The notes: generated by a model from the sequence alone, not told the origin. A stretch of DNA of 53,532 nucleotides, filler included, from Jimgerdemannia flammicorona (GCA_003990765.1; 2 parts of 2 records of this genome joined end to end with filler, not necessarily neighbours in it); one strand, 5' to 3'. Shown: positions 23,901-38,757, counted from the whole stretch's first letter. Numbers and translations are program-made.

Positions 23901-26718
23901 AGATTGCTGACTGGATATGTGAGGGCTTGCCAGTGGGTGTCCAATAGATAAGATTGAAAGAGACTACACAGGTTCACTGGGGAGAGGCTGGTAGAGAGGC
24001 AGAGAAGTAGATCAGGAAAAGAGTGAGGTGTGCTTCCAATCAGTTGATTAGATTGCAGATAGAATGAGCAGATTTGATATATTCTGGTAAGGTGGATGAT
24101 TGGAGGTTGGCATGAGCAAAATTGGAGATGATGGAGCTGCAACAGGTGTTGAGAGAGGAGGAGGAGATATATATGAAAGGAATGGCAGCTAGGCTGAGAT
24201 GGCAGAGACTTGAGGAGGGGGAGAGGCCTACTAGGTACTTGTCAAGGCTTCTCCAGGCTAGAAGGGTATGGCATAGATGGGATGGAGATCTGGATGCCAA
24301 TGGAGAAATGGTACATGACATACAACAGATTTTGGAGTTACTGAAGGAGCAGTGGAGGGGTCTGTAGAGTGAGAAGGGGGTACTAATGAAGAAGTAATTG
24401 AAGGTATGTTTGAGGATTGGGAACTGCCACAAGTGGAGGGCCTGGGGGATTTGATCCTGCCAGTCCAAGAGGAGGAGATCCAGAGAGTCCTGGTAGCAAC
24501 TAAGCTTGGAATAGTACTAGAAGAGGATGGGTTACCTTGGAACTTTCGGAAGAAGATGGTGAAGATCCCTGGAGTATTAGGAGAGATGGTAGCCCTCTGT
24601 GACTAAGTTCTTCTAAATGGTGAGTGGGTTGGAGGGCAGGACCTAGGGCTGGTGGCCCTGTTGTATAAAGAAAAGGGAAGGAGGGAGGATTGGAAGAACT
24701 GGAGACCAATTATACTTCTGGATATAGACAGGAAGATAGTGACTAAGGTGATTATTGCAAGGCTACAGAAGATTGCTCAACAAGTGCTGAGTGAGGAGCA
24801 GTGGGGCTTTGTTGGAGACAGGCTAATTAGAGATGGGACAGTCTGGATTTATAGCATCATTGAAGGAGTAAGAGCTTGTGGATTGAATGGGAGACTGGTC
24901 TTTTTAGACCAGGAGAAAGCCTATGACTGCATTTGGCAGATATGACTGAGCAAGGTGCTGGATAGAATTGGTGTTCCTCCATGATTTCAGATTTCTATGT
25001 TGAATCTGTTGGAGGGTAGTAGGGCAGCTCTGATGTATAATAGTCACTAGGGTCTGGCATTTCCCTTGGGAAGAGGAGTTCCTCAGAGAGATCCACTATC
25101 ACCTATTCTTTACACCCTTTCATTAGAATCTTTGATAGATAGGATTTGATGGAAGGTGGTAGAGCTCTCTATATATAGAGTAGTGTGGAAGGTGGGGGCC
25201 TTTGCCAATGACATGGTAGTTAGACTTGGCTCAGTGGTAGATGTTGAGATATTTAAAGAGATGGTGGAATGGTATGAGGTATACTCTGGGGCAAAAGTTA
25301 ACTAGTATAAGTATGAGACAATAGTGCTAGAGAATGAGCTAGTGGGTGGGGACATCATTAGAACAATTGTCTCTACAGGAGAGGTGGTGTAGTATCTGGG
25401 TATCTTCCTTTCTATATATGGATCTGTCTTGCCATGGGTGTGGTGGGAGAGGAGGGTGGCCATTTGGGGAGAGGCTCTTAGAGGTTGGGGAGGTCACCAT
25501 ATCTCTCTAGTAGACTGGGTGTTGATTCTAAATGTCTACTGGTTCCCCAAGCTATAGTATGTTGCTTATCACTTAGACTTTCTAGCTTGGGTGGTGAAGA
25601 GACTGATGAAACTGGCTAGAGATTGGATTTGGATAGAGAGGTGGTCCCAGATTAGTTGGGATACTCTTGCAATACTGGTGGTTAGAGGAGGGCTAGGTCT
25701 AGTTGATTTTTCTAAGAGGCTGTACTGCCTACAAGCTTGGTGGTTGAGAAGGACTGTTGAACTACAGGGTCGGGGTTGGGTGCTGCTGATACAGAAGGTG
25801 TGGAAGATGAGATTCTCCCCTCAAGAGTCATTGGGAGATTTGCTATCTCTGGTGGACCTGAATGGAAGCTAATGACTATGGTATAAGGGCTTCTGGTAGG
25901 GGGTGGTAGATGGAGCACACCACATTGGCCTGTACTGGTGGAGCAATGAGGGGGAGATGCTGTGGGGACCAGCTATATAGAGATGGGACAGACTGCTTCT
26001 GGGAGGTATTCCACTTGCTGAGTTTGACATTGGTGATGGAGTGAAGTGTCAGAGGGGGCTTGGTCAGGATATTTGGCCAAGTAGTTGGCAGGCAGTGAGG
26101 ATTGGCAATGAGTGGGACTGGGCAGGAGTCTGGTCATAGAGTACTGAAGTGCAGAGATGGCTTCCTCCCAAGTTCTGAGTGGTGTGGTGGTGGATGTTGC
26201 AGAGGAATGTCATATTGAATTTCCATGCTGGTTATCTGATATATGGTGGACAATTAGATTGTGAGAAGTGTTACAATGTTAAGCAAGTTGGGGGATTTAT
26301 GCAGATGCCAGAACATTGGCTGAGAGAGTGTGAGATTCTGAAGGACTTTTGGATAGCAGTGGGGGACCAGTTGGGTGTGAAGAAGAGGCCAGATGGAGAG
26401 CAAGGGTGCTGGGAGGATTTGAAATCTAGGCTAGTAGGTGGTGTGGGCAATGGATGGCTCACTATAGAGTGGGTTTTAGCTGTATGGGTAGGGCTGGCTG
26501 GACATTGGCTTTTTGTATTTGAGGGGCAACAGATGAGTTTATAAGAGAAGTTGTTAAGATAGAAGGGGTTGATGGGAGATTTGCTGACAGGGTAGTGGGT
26601 TGGTTGGGGTCTCCAGAGTGGGTATCATCACTATCTGGTAGAAGAGATCTGTAAACAGAGTGGTGGGTGGGTGGTAATAGTGAATAAGAAAGTGGTCTTT
26701 CATCAAGAGGGAGTTGGG
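20989..26718 (+). mobile_element. Near full-length L1-like LINE (ORF1 21072-23057; ORF2 ~23061-26718), mutated
   Basis: APE endonuclease (SLNVN, ILGGDFN, RID, SDH); RT (NWRPIILLDID, DQEKAYD, FAND for FADD); C-terminal CEKC...EHWLREC zinc finger; runs into the gap. Confidence 0.93.
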
Positions 26719-26818
26719 NNNNNNNNNNNNNNNNNNNNNNNNNNNNNNNNNNNNNNNNNNNNTTAATTAATTAANNNNNNNNNNNNNNNNNNNNNNNNNN
26801 NNNNNNNNNNNNNNNNNN
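26719..26818. other. Assembly gap with artificial TTAATTAATTAA six-frame stop spacer
   Basis: N runs flank ttaattaattaa. Confidence 0.97.
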
Positions 26819-26833
26819 AAAAAAAAAAAAAGC

Positions 26834-29006
26834 TCAATCTTTTAAGAAATCGCCAAACAACTTGTTCTTGAGCTCGGCGTAACTAATGTGTGCAACATCA
26901 GGGAGTCTTTGAACCAAACGACTGTGGTTGGGAGCACCGGGACTGCCCTGGATATAAACGATGCGGAAGTCTTTCACGGGTTGGCCATTTTGAGTGACTA
27001 CAAAGTGTTTATCGTCGTCGATATGAGCCTGGTGTGTACCACCAAACACTTCATCCAGGTATCTTTCAATTTGGTTTCTCTTCTCTTTGCTTTTGTGCGT
27101 TTTGTGCTGTGGGAGTTCAAAAGCCTTCTCGATGCTTGCTGACTTTTTGTTGTGGCCACCGAAAGTGCTGATTGATACCTGAATGAACATGCGTCCGAGC
27201 ATGAAGTCGAACCGTGGATACCCTGGGTAACCGCGTACAAAAGACTCAGCATAGTGGGGTCCAGGAGTGAACTGTTTCGGCTCGAGGTAGACAAAGTGCT
27301 TGAACTGGATATGCACGGGCGCCATTTTCTTTCCGGCGATGTTATTCGCGTCGAATGTTACTTGACCGAATTGCAATAGTCGATGGAATAGCACATCCTC
27401 AAAGTCGTCACCAGACAGAGTACCTTTGAGAGAGGCCACTTTCATATCTATTGGTAGTGGACAGTTCCGGTATAAGTCCAAGAGGGCGTCCAATGCAGCT
27501 GGGCACAGTGGTTTGTGCAGCACTTTGTCATTTTCTCTCAACCGATACACCAGTCCAGCATCCAAAAACTGCCATGAAAAATCTATGGTGGGTTCACCAA
27601 GCGTTGACCGCAAGAACATGGATGAAAGAGCCTTTCGGTATAAGGTTTGCTCCATCTCGGTGAGGTTGTTGAAATCGTAATAATTCGATGCGTCCTTCAA
27701 AAATCTACGGCGCTGGTCATTACGGAAGTCCTGAAGTTTCTGATCGAAGGACGTTGAATTTCCATCGCCGAAGTGATCTTTGACTAGCCGTACGAGCTCG
27801 CGCGGTACGCAGTTGGTAATCTCCCTCACTTTAACTGCATTGTCCGGGTTTCTCAGTTCCGGATGAAGCCACAGCAGCTTGTCGAATACAGTTTGTGATA
27901 ATGGGCCAACGAAGATCACACAATCCTCCATGTCACTCCGAAGGTATTTCTTCTCAAACTTTGCGTGTGCAGTACCAGTTAGGACCACACGCGTTCCGTT
28001 CTCCTGATTCCACCAGTTAAGATTCGTCAGGGAGTCCAAAATATTTTTCCGTGGGGTTATCGGGGATTTCCTATTGAACAGAACGCCGTGCTCGTCGACG
28101 ACAAGTAAAGTTTTGCAGGCATGGCGCTTCAGTAGTGTGCCCATAATCTGTCCAGCACAGGCATCGACGACAGGAAATGTATTATCAACATAGGTCACCA
28201 GGATTTCAAGATCGGTGGAAGTGAGAATGTCTTTGTTGAGCGCCAAAAACCGCTTGCAAATCTCCTCACATGTTTTCGAAGATAAATATTGATCCAGAGC
28301 GGCCGCATCGGATATGTACAGCAGGGGCCACGCTTCGGCATACGCCATGGCTGCAAGAAACATGGCGAGATATGATTTGCCCACACCCATTGGACCCGAC
28401 AGGAGACGTATGATCGAGTGCATGGTATCCGCCGCTAGTTCTCCCCAAACCTCCTCCATTTGCTCTGTAACGACGAATGTGAAGCCCTGGTAGCCCGATC
28501 CATAATGCTTGGGCTTCTGACCAAGTGAAGGGAGAGTAATTACGTCGCCGGGTTTCACTATCTGCAGCATTTCTTTGAAGGATGAGCGCGGTGCTGGTGC
28601 GAAACTGTTGTCGCCGTTGAGCATACTGATTATTTCAGGCGGAAGGAGCACCCCCTTGCCATCAGCGGCGATATACGTGATCCAGCCATCTGTCCGGCGT
28701 CTCTTGGCGACAGGACTTTCCTCTGAAAAGGCGACAGGACTTTCCTCCGAAAAGGCGACAGGACTTTCCTCTGAAAATGTATGGAAAATAATTTTAGTCG
28801 GGCAATGACGGAAAGCAGTGTAATGAACTGTCAGATAAAGAGCATAATACCGGTGTGAGATCTCTTGGTAACACGTTTGCCCTCTATAAAAGGACAACCA
28901 AAACGAAAAGCAAGAAATGTTAATATTCTCCCTTCACATTTGTTTGATGACTTGCTCTGTGTCGAAGTTCGAAGGTTGTAAACGCACTTGATTTACTTGA
29001 TTTCAT
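26834..29006 (-). CDS. Crinkler-type P-loop NTPase + PD-(D/E)xK-like REase protein, paralog 1 (~662 aa)
   Basis: Predicted exons 29006-28988, 28883-28851, 28770-26834 (GT-AG, in frame: MKSSKSKGKRVTKRSHTEESP); Walker A GPMGVGKS; Walker B LLVVDE; VPREL; DDFE...YPRFDF...FIQVS. Confidence 0.85.
28706..28777 (-). repeat. 3 x 24-bp tandem repeat spanning the splice acceptor
   Basis: ggcgacaggactttcctcYgaaaa x3, encoding (FSEESPVA)n. Confidence 0.97.
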
Positions 29007-29367
29007 TGTGACTTTGGTGCGAAGAGGGGAGGAGAGGGAGGTAGTACGTTGGTCATTTTGATTTTGAAACGACAGCTGCTTCTCAGAGTTCGTGGAGTGC
29101 CACAGAAAAATATTGGGGTTACTCCGTATCGGAAGAGTCTTAATTGCCACCGGCCCAGCATCGAGTGTATCTAAATTTGGAAGATACAAAGCTAATTCCG
29201 TGTGTAGTGATACAGCCCCCGTGTGTGTCTGTTTAAAGTGTCTGTGTGATACGGCCGCGTATATCGTGAAACAGGGACGTGTCGAGGACAAACAACAAAT
29301 TTATTTTCTATACAAAGCCACTAAGGCTTCACTCAAAACACAACAATACCCTTGCTTTTCTATCCGA
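29007..29367. promoter_or_regulatory. Putative bidirectional promoter
   Basis: Only ~360 bp separate the divergent predicted start codons. Confidence 0.55.
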
Positions 29368-31901
29368 ATGCCCCCAAAATCGCACCCCGCTTCCGGTGCG
29401 CGCCCGAAGCCAAATGCGAGAAGCAGGGCAGAGAAACCCCAGGAGAATGTTGTCACCGGTCATGCAATGAAAACAAGGAGCCAAACGAAGAGGGAAGAAA
29501 CGTCCCTGACGTCCAGCTTTAAGGGTAAAATGCGTAAGCCGAGCCAAAAATCTTTAGGAGTAGAAGTCACATCACTGAAAGGTATATGTTTTGCCCGAAC
29601 GCATTCGCGAGATTCTCGTGTTTCAAGCGGTGGTAAAAACATGCACTGAGTATTCATGCTTACGCAGGACGTCGCGACCATCAACGTAAGGCAAAAAAGC
29701 CAAAGACATCCGGTAAGTGAACATACAATGGAATAAATAGTTTTTTGATATCCAACCTCTCAGTCGTGCAAACACTCTCCATCACAGACAACGGTCCCAC
29801 CATCCCCGAAAACCTCCAAACGAAAAACGAAGGACTTGTCAGCGAACATGGTAAGTGGTGCACGTTACGGTGGTGGACGCGTTAAAAAAGTACCATAGGA
29901 ATGTTCCGAGGTTTCCGTACATGCTGCCTGCGTTCACTGCCATAATTCAAATTTCTGACTTGTACCTCACTGACTGAATTCTAAATCGCTTCCATTTATT
30001 CATCCATACCAATTTTAGAGGAACGACCTGCGAAGAGACGCCGGGTAGATGGCTGGCAGCCATACACCGCCGCTGACGGCCAGACCCTGTACCTTCCACC
30101 TGAAATGATCAACATGCTCAACGACGACAGCAGTTTCGCACCAGAACCGCGCTCCTCCTTCAAAAAAATACTGCAGGTGAAACCCGGCGACGTAATTACT
30201 CTCCCTTCACTTGGTCAAGAGCCCAAGCATTATGACTCGGGCTACCAGGGCAAGAGATTCGTCGTCACAGAACAAATGGTGGAGGTTTGGCAGTTGCTAG
30301 CGGCGGACAGCAAGCACTCGATCAAACGAATACTGTCGGGTCCAAGGGGCATTGGCAAGTCGTATCTTGCCCTGTTCCTCGCGGTAATGGCGTACGCCAA
30401 TGCGTGGCCTCTGCTGTACATATCCGATGCGGCCGCCCTGGACCAACCAACAGGTTCGAAGTCATCAGAGGAGATTTGCAAGCGATTTTTGGCGCTCAAC
30501 AAAGACATTCTCACTGCTGTCGAGCTGCAGAGGCTGGTGAAATACACTGATACAAATCCTGTCGTTGACGCCTGTGCCGGAGAGATTATGAGCGGACTAC
30601 TGAAGCAACGCGATCACAAAACTCTCCTGGTCGTCGACGAGCACGGCGCGCTGTTTAATGTTGAACCTCCGGCACCTGATCGACTCCCGATTTTGGGTCC
30701 CCTGAAGAACCTTACCGCGTGGGATGAGGCGATGAATGGAACGCGAGTGGTCCTGACCGGTACGGCGCATGCAAATTTTGAGTGGAAGCACCTTCGAAGA
30801 GATATGGATGGATGGCTGATCTTTGTCGGCCCGCTGACGCAAGCCATCTTCGACAAACTTCTGCAGCTTCACGAGGAACTAAGAGACCCAAATAATGCGT
30901 CAAGAGTGAAGGAGATTACCAACTGTGTGCCGCGTGAGCTGGTGCTCCTTATCGATCACTTGTTTGGCTCAGGCAATCTCATTTCCGAGTCCTTTGAAGA
31001 GGAGCTGCAGAACTTCCGCCGAAAGCGCCACGAGGAATTTTTGAAAAACGCGAAGAATTATTACCAAACCCTCGACGGGCACAACAAAGATTTCTATCGA
31101 AGAGCCCTTTCGAACATGTTTCTGAGATCATCACTGGGTAAACAGCCCGCAGACTTTGATGGGAGGTTTATGGACACTGGAATGGTGTATCGGTTCATAG
31201 GCGACCACAACGGTGTGCTGAAAAAGCCGCTATGCCCACCTGCATTGGACGCGCTCTTGGATGTGTACAAGACGTGCGAGCTGCCGAGGAGTGTGAAAGT
31301 GGCCTCTCTCGAAGGTATTCTGCCTGGCGACGACTTTGAGGATATACTTTTTCTGGGGTTATTGAAGCATTCCAATATAATTTTCAAAGCGACAAACCTT
31401 GCAGGAAGGCCGACGAACCCCGTGCATATCGAGTTCGAGCACCTCATTTGTCTTGAGCAGAACCAGTTCACCCCTAAAAGACAACACGCCAAGTCTCTGG
31501 TACGTGGCTACTGGAAGTATCCGCGGTTCGACTTTATTCTCGGACGTATGTTTATCCAGGTGTCAGTCAGCACTTTCAGCGATCACAACAGCCACGCAGC
31601 GAACATTAAGAAGGCTTTTCACCGTCCGATGCCGAATGCACCGTATTTCGATGGGGAAAGAAATCAAATCGAGATTTACCTGGACGAAGTGTTTGGTGGT
31701 CACCACAAAGCCGATATCAATACGACCACTGGTGGCTTCACTGTCACTCGAAATGGCAAAATGGTGCCAGACTTTCGCATCGTTTTCATCCAAGGCAGTG
31801 GCGGCATTCCTAACGATACTAGTTTAGTTAAAGAACTTCGTGATGTGGCACATGTTGGTTATGATGAGATCAAAGCCAAGCTGTTCGGTGATATGATGTG
31901 A
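29368..31901 (+). CDS. Crinkler-type P-loop NTPase + REase protein, paralog 2 (~742 aa)
   Basis: Predicted exons 29368-29581, 29668-29712, 29764-29850, 30019-31901 (all phase-1 GT-AG, in frame); GPRGIGKS, LLVVDE, VPREL, DDFE...YPRFDF...FIQVS; basic disordered N-terminus. Confidence 0.87.
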
Positions 31902-32309
31902 ATAGGTATTTGTTATGAAATTTCTCGATGTTCCAAATTAGTATATTTGAGAATGCACTTTTTTTTTTTGAGTAAAGTCTCATGTGGTATAGCAACGCGT
32001 TTTGGATTTTGATGGTGACGGAATGCCAGGCAGGGGCTCGGCGAAGAAGGAAACGGTGGGAATGGCCGAGAAGGGTGGACCGGGGCCGATTGGAAGACCG
32101 AAAGAGGATTGGAAGGCAAAAACAAAATACCAACACCAACAAACGAAGTGGTATCGTGCCTTGGGTGAGGATTAGGTTCCTGGTATTTCAAATTTTCATA
32201 AACCCTATATAGCTCGCTATTGTAGGATAGTGGCAGTAGGCCCATTATGGCTGGTTCGATTCTAGCCAGCGGCGACGTCTCATTTTTATTATTACTTTGA
32301 ACTATCCTT

Positions 32310-32755
32310 TCTACAAAAATGTGTTTTCCAGACGGGGTCCGGAATCGTTACGATAAATAGTACAACTGTTAGTATTGCTTGCCGCCAGGTTGAACCAAAT
32401 ATTGCGATTGGCCGTCGAATAGCAAGCCTTGCAACAAGAATTGGCGTCTTTAATGTTGGCATGGTAATCGATGCTTCCGGTGGGCGGGGACGTGGTGGTG
32501 CCTCCACCAATAACTTTTGGTATCGATTACTCGGGTCGCAAGAGTTGACGGTAGCTGTTGCTGTGGCCGAGGTGGTAGTGATGTCTGTGATGATGATGGT
32601 TCGTGGGATAGTGACCGCTTCGGTGACGATAACACTGGTGACCTCAGTAGACGTGAATGGTAGTGGTTGTGACCGTCTGGGTAGCAACTTTCGTGGTGAC
32701 ATTTGTGGTTGTCTTGGTCGCTTCAACGGAAATGGTTTTCGTTCTGCTGTTGTCC
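32310..32755 (-). pseudogene. Frameshifted Thr-rich protein with a Cys-rich (PAN/apple-like) tail
   Basis: Thr/Val-rich stretch over two frames, then in another frame IKDANSCCKACYSTANRNIWF...SCTIY. Confidence 0.5.
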
Positions 32756-32859
32756 TTTTAGTCAGTAAATTTGACTACGAAAGAAACCAACAAGAGCTCT
32801 GAGAAATTCCTCAAGTGACGGGAGTTGGAGTTGTCCGGATTTGCGAGCACCGTTAATGC

Positions 32860-34170
32860 CAGAGGTGCATGATAATCATGTACGCGCTTATGGAGGCACT
32901 GGAGGAAATGGCTGAGAAAGCATTCCGACCGCGTCTAGATTATCAAGAAGGATGAGATCATCAATCTCATCCAGGACGCGAACAAGGAGTCGGGTGGATC
33001 ATCACGGGGAAACCAGATCAGGTGTTCAAGGAGGTTGCATTGGTTACTGGTGGGTATGCCGCGGATTTCACCGAGCATTCGTTGCTAAAGCATAGTCCTG
33101 GACCTGCGTATAAGCTCTCTCGTTTAGCATCACTTTTTTTTTTTTTTTGAGCTTGTTCGCACACAAACATCGCCCAATCAACTCTCTTCCATCTACTTTT
33201 GACCCTTCCCCCCCAAAAGAAAAAACTCCACCACCAATGGCGACCACTGCACAGGCGGCAATAACAAAATGTCCGCCGCGATCAGGGTCAAGACGATCGA
33301 CCTCGAGAAGGTTTAGGTTTACCCTATGGTCTCGTTGGCCCGAAGGAGCCCAACGCGTAAGTAAAGTTCCTTGCCGCGAGGTTCTCCATGGCGTAGGTGC
33401 ACACCGCCGCCTCCGGCGGATTGAGTGGCACTGCAAACATTACACCGGTACAGGACTGGTGAGGAAATTCGTGAATGGAGAGGTCCTCGCGAAGGAGATT
33501 GGAATTAACCCTAAGAAGCATGAAGAAGTATATACAATGAAATCGCGGCCAGGAAGAGGAAAGATCCCTGGGGCAAGAAAATTTTCAGGATGTCGCCATC
33601 ATGATGGACAATTTCTATGTCGCGTTGATATAACCCGTGCTGCATTATACTATGCTACCCTTTACTTTATATTTTCTTTCTCGACTACTACATTAACCTA
33701 ACTAACCTCTATTTCCACAAGGTGGCGTTGAAATTACCCCTGATTTCGAGATCAATTCAACCTCCGGTAAACCTATTCCCTTTTCGCTGCCGGCGAGATG
33801 TGCGGTACCAACCTTCTTGGTTGCTCATCTCTCCTACGCTGCGTTGTTTCGGCCACGTTGCCAGCAACTCTGCATCACCTATTTTCACGCCTGATGAACA
33901 GCACGCGAGTCGCGCAGGAACATCGTGCTTCCCACGTCTCCGGCCCATTGTGATGTCGTTCGACGGCCAGGGTGGCACACCTATTATCTCTGCCGGTCAG
34001 GCTGGGTTGATGCGTCTTCCGCCACCGCACCCGTCACGTTTACTGAGCCTAGAAGTAGGATGGCGAGTATTTCATTCGAGGATGTCGCTAAGCATAATAC
34101 TGAGAGTGATGTGACGAAGTTATTGCCTGAGCATTCCGGTGATCCTGCTGTACGCTGGAGAAGTACGTTT
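32860..34170 (+). pseudogene. Flavocytochrome c / soluble fumarate reductase (Osm1-like) with C-terminal cytochrome b5, fragmented
   Basis: Ordered motifs YALMEALEEMAEK, TGGYAADFTEHSLLKH, IDLEKV*V, KFLAA, IEWHCKHY, DPWGKK, VLHYTM, GGVEIT, FAAGE, EDVAKHNTESD; frameshifts and deletions. Confidence 0.85.
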
Positions 34171-34734
34171 TGAAATCATTTTGCTTTAAGTTTGGTTCGC
34201 GAAGGTAGCGATTCTGACGATTGTGCGTTGTGGGATAGTTAGGTTTCTTGCTTATATATTCTCCGCAAGCCTGACGAACGTACCCTCTGTCACCATTGAA
34301 GTGGTCGAGTGTGTCTTATTTGCTTTTGTGAATACAGTGGATTTTCGCGCGGGATTTATGCGATGGAGCACATGCCTCTTATGATAATTGCTTGGATATA
34401 AACAGTTGCTCGAATGGATTGAGTCAGTTAACTGTATCAAACATTATAGTTAGAGTTGACCGAAGGTTATTAAGAATGATTTGACCTGTCAGGTGATGGC
34501 AATGTCCCCAAGAACCATTACCAAACATGTCCCCCTAAACCGCCAACAGGACCTACTACCCCTACTCCAGCCCTTCGAACACCTGCACACATCCCACTAA
34601 ACTGAAATCTTGGCCTGGAAGAATGATTATTCCAGATACGACGAAGAACTCTGTGCATGCCTCGACACCTTGGCCATGCCGCAGCTGGAGCCATACCTTG
34701 TCTGGATTCTGTCCAACTTGCCGAGCAATGGGTG

Positions 34735-36336
<1,602 letters not shown>

Positions 36337-36871
36337 ATAACAGCAAGAATATAGTTATGCTATCTGACAATAGTAGTAATTAATATAAATATAAGAATAT
36401 CAAAAGTAAATAAGAAGAATAAAGTGAAAGAAAGTGACAACATCATAAATATATAAATAATAAACTCAGTTACACACATTTACATATATATAAGCCACAG
36501 AAAATGTGGTTGCCAAGGAGATTAGGGGCTCAGATTCTCAAAAAAGGCCCTCATCTGGGCCCAGTTAGTAATGATGTCAAGGTAGTCATGTGAACTTCAA
36601 AATCTTTTTTTACAGCCAAATCGGCGTCAAGAATTACTGCACTATGATCTTAGAGATATATTTTTTTATATACTAACAGACCTCAGTTACATTTCATACC
36701 ATATAATAATCCACCTAGTAGCAATCCTCCATCTGAGGTTTCACCCACTCTGTATGGAATAGTTTAGAGCGCCAAACGGATGTATTCTGTCGCCAAGGCT
36801 TATTTTCCATTGTTTTTAACTAAGCCTCCGTTGTATAAACCGCCTTACAACCTGTTTTTGCGACCGAGACC

Positions 36872-38757
36872 ATGTCCGACCCTGCTCAAATTACTCTTCT
36901 CCTTGGCCCTCTCCGTGGTGCAGTCCACCCGTCACATCGTGTCTTCTACAATATCCCGTATGCCCAGGTTCGTTGAAATGGCTACCTTTCTTTCCTGTCA
37001 TGAAGCGAGTTCTCAACCGACGGACCTCACCATGACACATTCACAGGCTCCCATTGGAGAACTCAGATGGAGACCACCCAAGAAATTCGAGCAGAGGTGG
37101 GATAAAGTTAGGGATGCGACAAAGCCTGGGTGGGTATTTCAATCATTCCGGTGCTTGTTTACAGACAAATAATTCAGACTTTTAAAATGTCGTTGACCAT
37201 AAATCTTCCGACGTTCGCATTTTACTCCGTCCAGCCCCAAATGCCCGCAGCCCGGAGCATGGTATAAACTCGACCCCAATCCCGAGACCGTAAGCGACGA
37301 AGACAACTGCCTGCACCTGAATGTCTGGACACCGCCTATCCAGACACAACCCAAGGAAGGCTGGCCGGTCATGGTCTATGTCCACGGCGGAGCGTTTAGG
37401 AATGGAAACGGAAGTGCACCCTCTCATGGTACATAGTTTGATTAAATTGCATGGCTTCGATTGTTTGATAATACTCATACTAATTTTCGGGTGTCATTTG
37501 CCTTCAATGCATTCTATATTGTAGATGGATCAAACTTAGTCAACTCGAAGCCAATCGTTCTTGTCACGATCAACTACCGTATTAATATTTTTGGATTCTT
37601 GGCGTCCAATGAACTCGCCGAAGATTCTGGAGATGGAAGCGCCGGAAACTACGGACTCCTGGATCAGCGACTGGCATTTGAATGGGTAAGTCAGAGAACG
37701 TACTTTGCAGCCACACTCTGAAAATTAAGCGAATCTAATCAATGAGATTTCTCGTATTCTGCTCCATTGATGTCAGGTGAAAGAAAACATCCATCATTTT
37801 GGTGGTGATTTCTCCCGCATTACGGCATTCGGCAATTCCACCGGGTCTATGTCGATCCTCCTTCACCTCTTCATATCGCGCAACCTCTTCCACCGCGCGA
37901 TCCTCCAGTCCGGCATCAACTTCTATACACCTACGCCCAAGATTTCGGATCAACAACGCATTTTCGACCTCGTCTGCGACGAGCTTGGTATCAAATCCCC
38001 CAATCGCCTGGCCCAGCTCCGCCACGTCCCAAGCAACAAGCTCGTCGAGATCATCTGTCACCTCGAAACGAGCACCAACCCCAAAATCAACTGGAACAGT
38101 ACCATGGACGGTGTTACTGTCCATAAAGAGGTTCGTACGCTCCTGAACGAGGGGGACATTGACCCAAATGTACTAGAGATCATCGTCGGCAACACCACAG
38201 ACGAGGGAACGCTCTTTTTGACTGGCAATCAGATCGCAGAGACATACTACGACTCCCTCGCGAAGGCCTTCCCAGCCATAGCAGGCAAACTCGAGACGCT
38301 GTACCCGATCACCGAATTTCGTGACAACCAAAGTCTCGCTCTTGCATGCATTCACGGCGACCACGCCATCTCGGGCCCGGTGCGGTACGCGGCGCGACAG
38401 CTCGCGATGCATGGTCGCAAGGTATACTACTACCGTTTCAACTCCTTGCTCGAGATAAGCTCCGGGCACCTTGGTGTCCATCATGGAATCGAGCAGGCGT
38501 TCGTGTTTAAACGGAGCGAGAAGCTGACGGATGTGGAGAGCAGGACGTCGGATCGTGTCGTCGAGGCGTGGACATCGTTTGCGGCGAACGGCGTGCCGCT
38601 CTTGGGTGAAGCGATGGTAGAATGGGAAAGGTTTGCGGGAAGGGGGGGGAAGGTACTGGTGTTTGAAGAAGGTGGTATGACGAGGTACGAGACAGATGAC
38701 GGTGAGGTTAGGGATAAGAGGTTGACGTTTTGGGATGCGTTGGAGGATCAGGAGTAG
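36872..38757 (+). CDS. Type-B carboxylesterase (alpha/beta hydrolase), 5 exons, apparently intact, no signal peptide
   Basis: FYNIPYAQ|APIGELRWRPP, EDNCLHLNVWTP, VMVYVHGGAF, INYR, GNYGLLDQ, nucleophile GNSTG, TTDEG, GVHHGIE; canonical GT-AG introns. Confidence 0.93.

Noticed and set aside
26763..26774. TTAATTAATTAA palindrome
   Set aside because: Artificial scaffold spacer within Ns; adjacency across the gap is also unverified.
28771..28897. ORF-track N-terminus of the 687-aa protein
   Set aside because: Mostly intron read-through; the spliced model matches the paralog's acceptor position.
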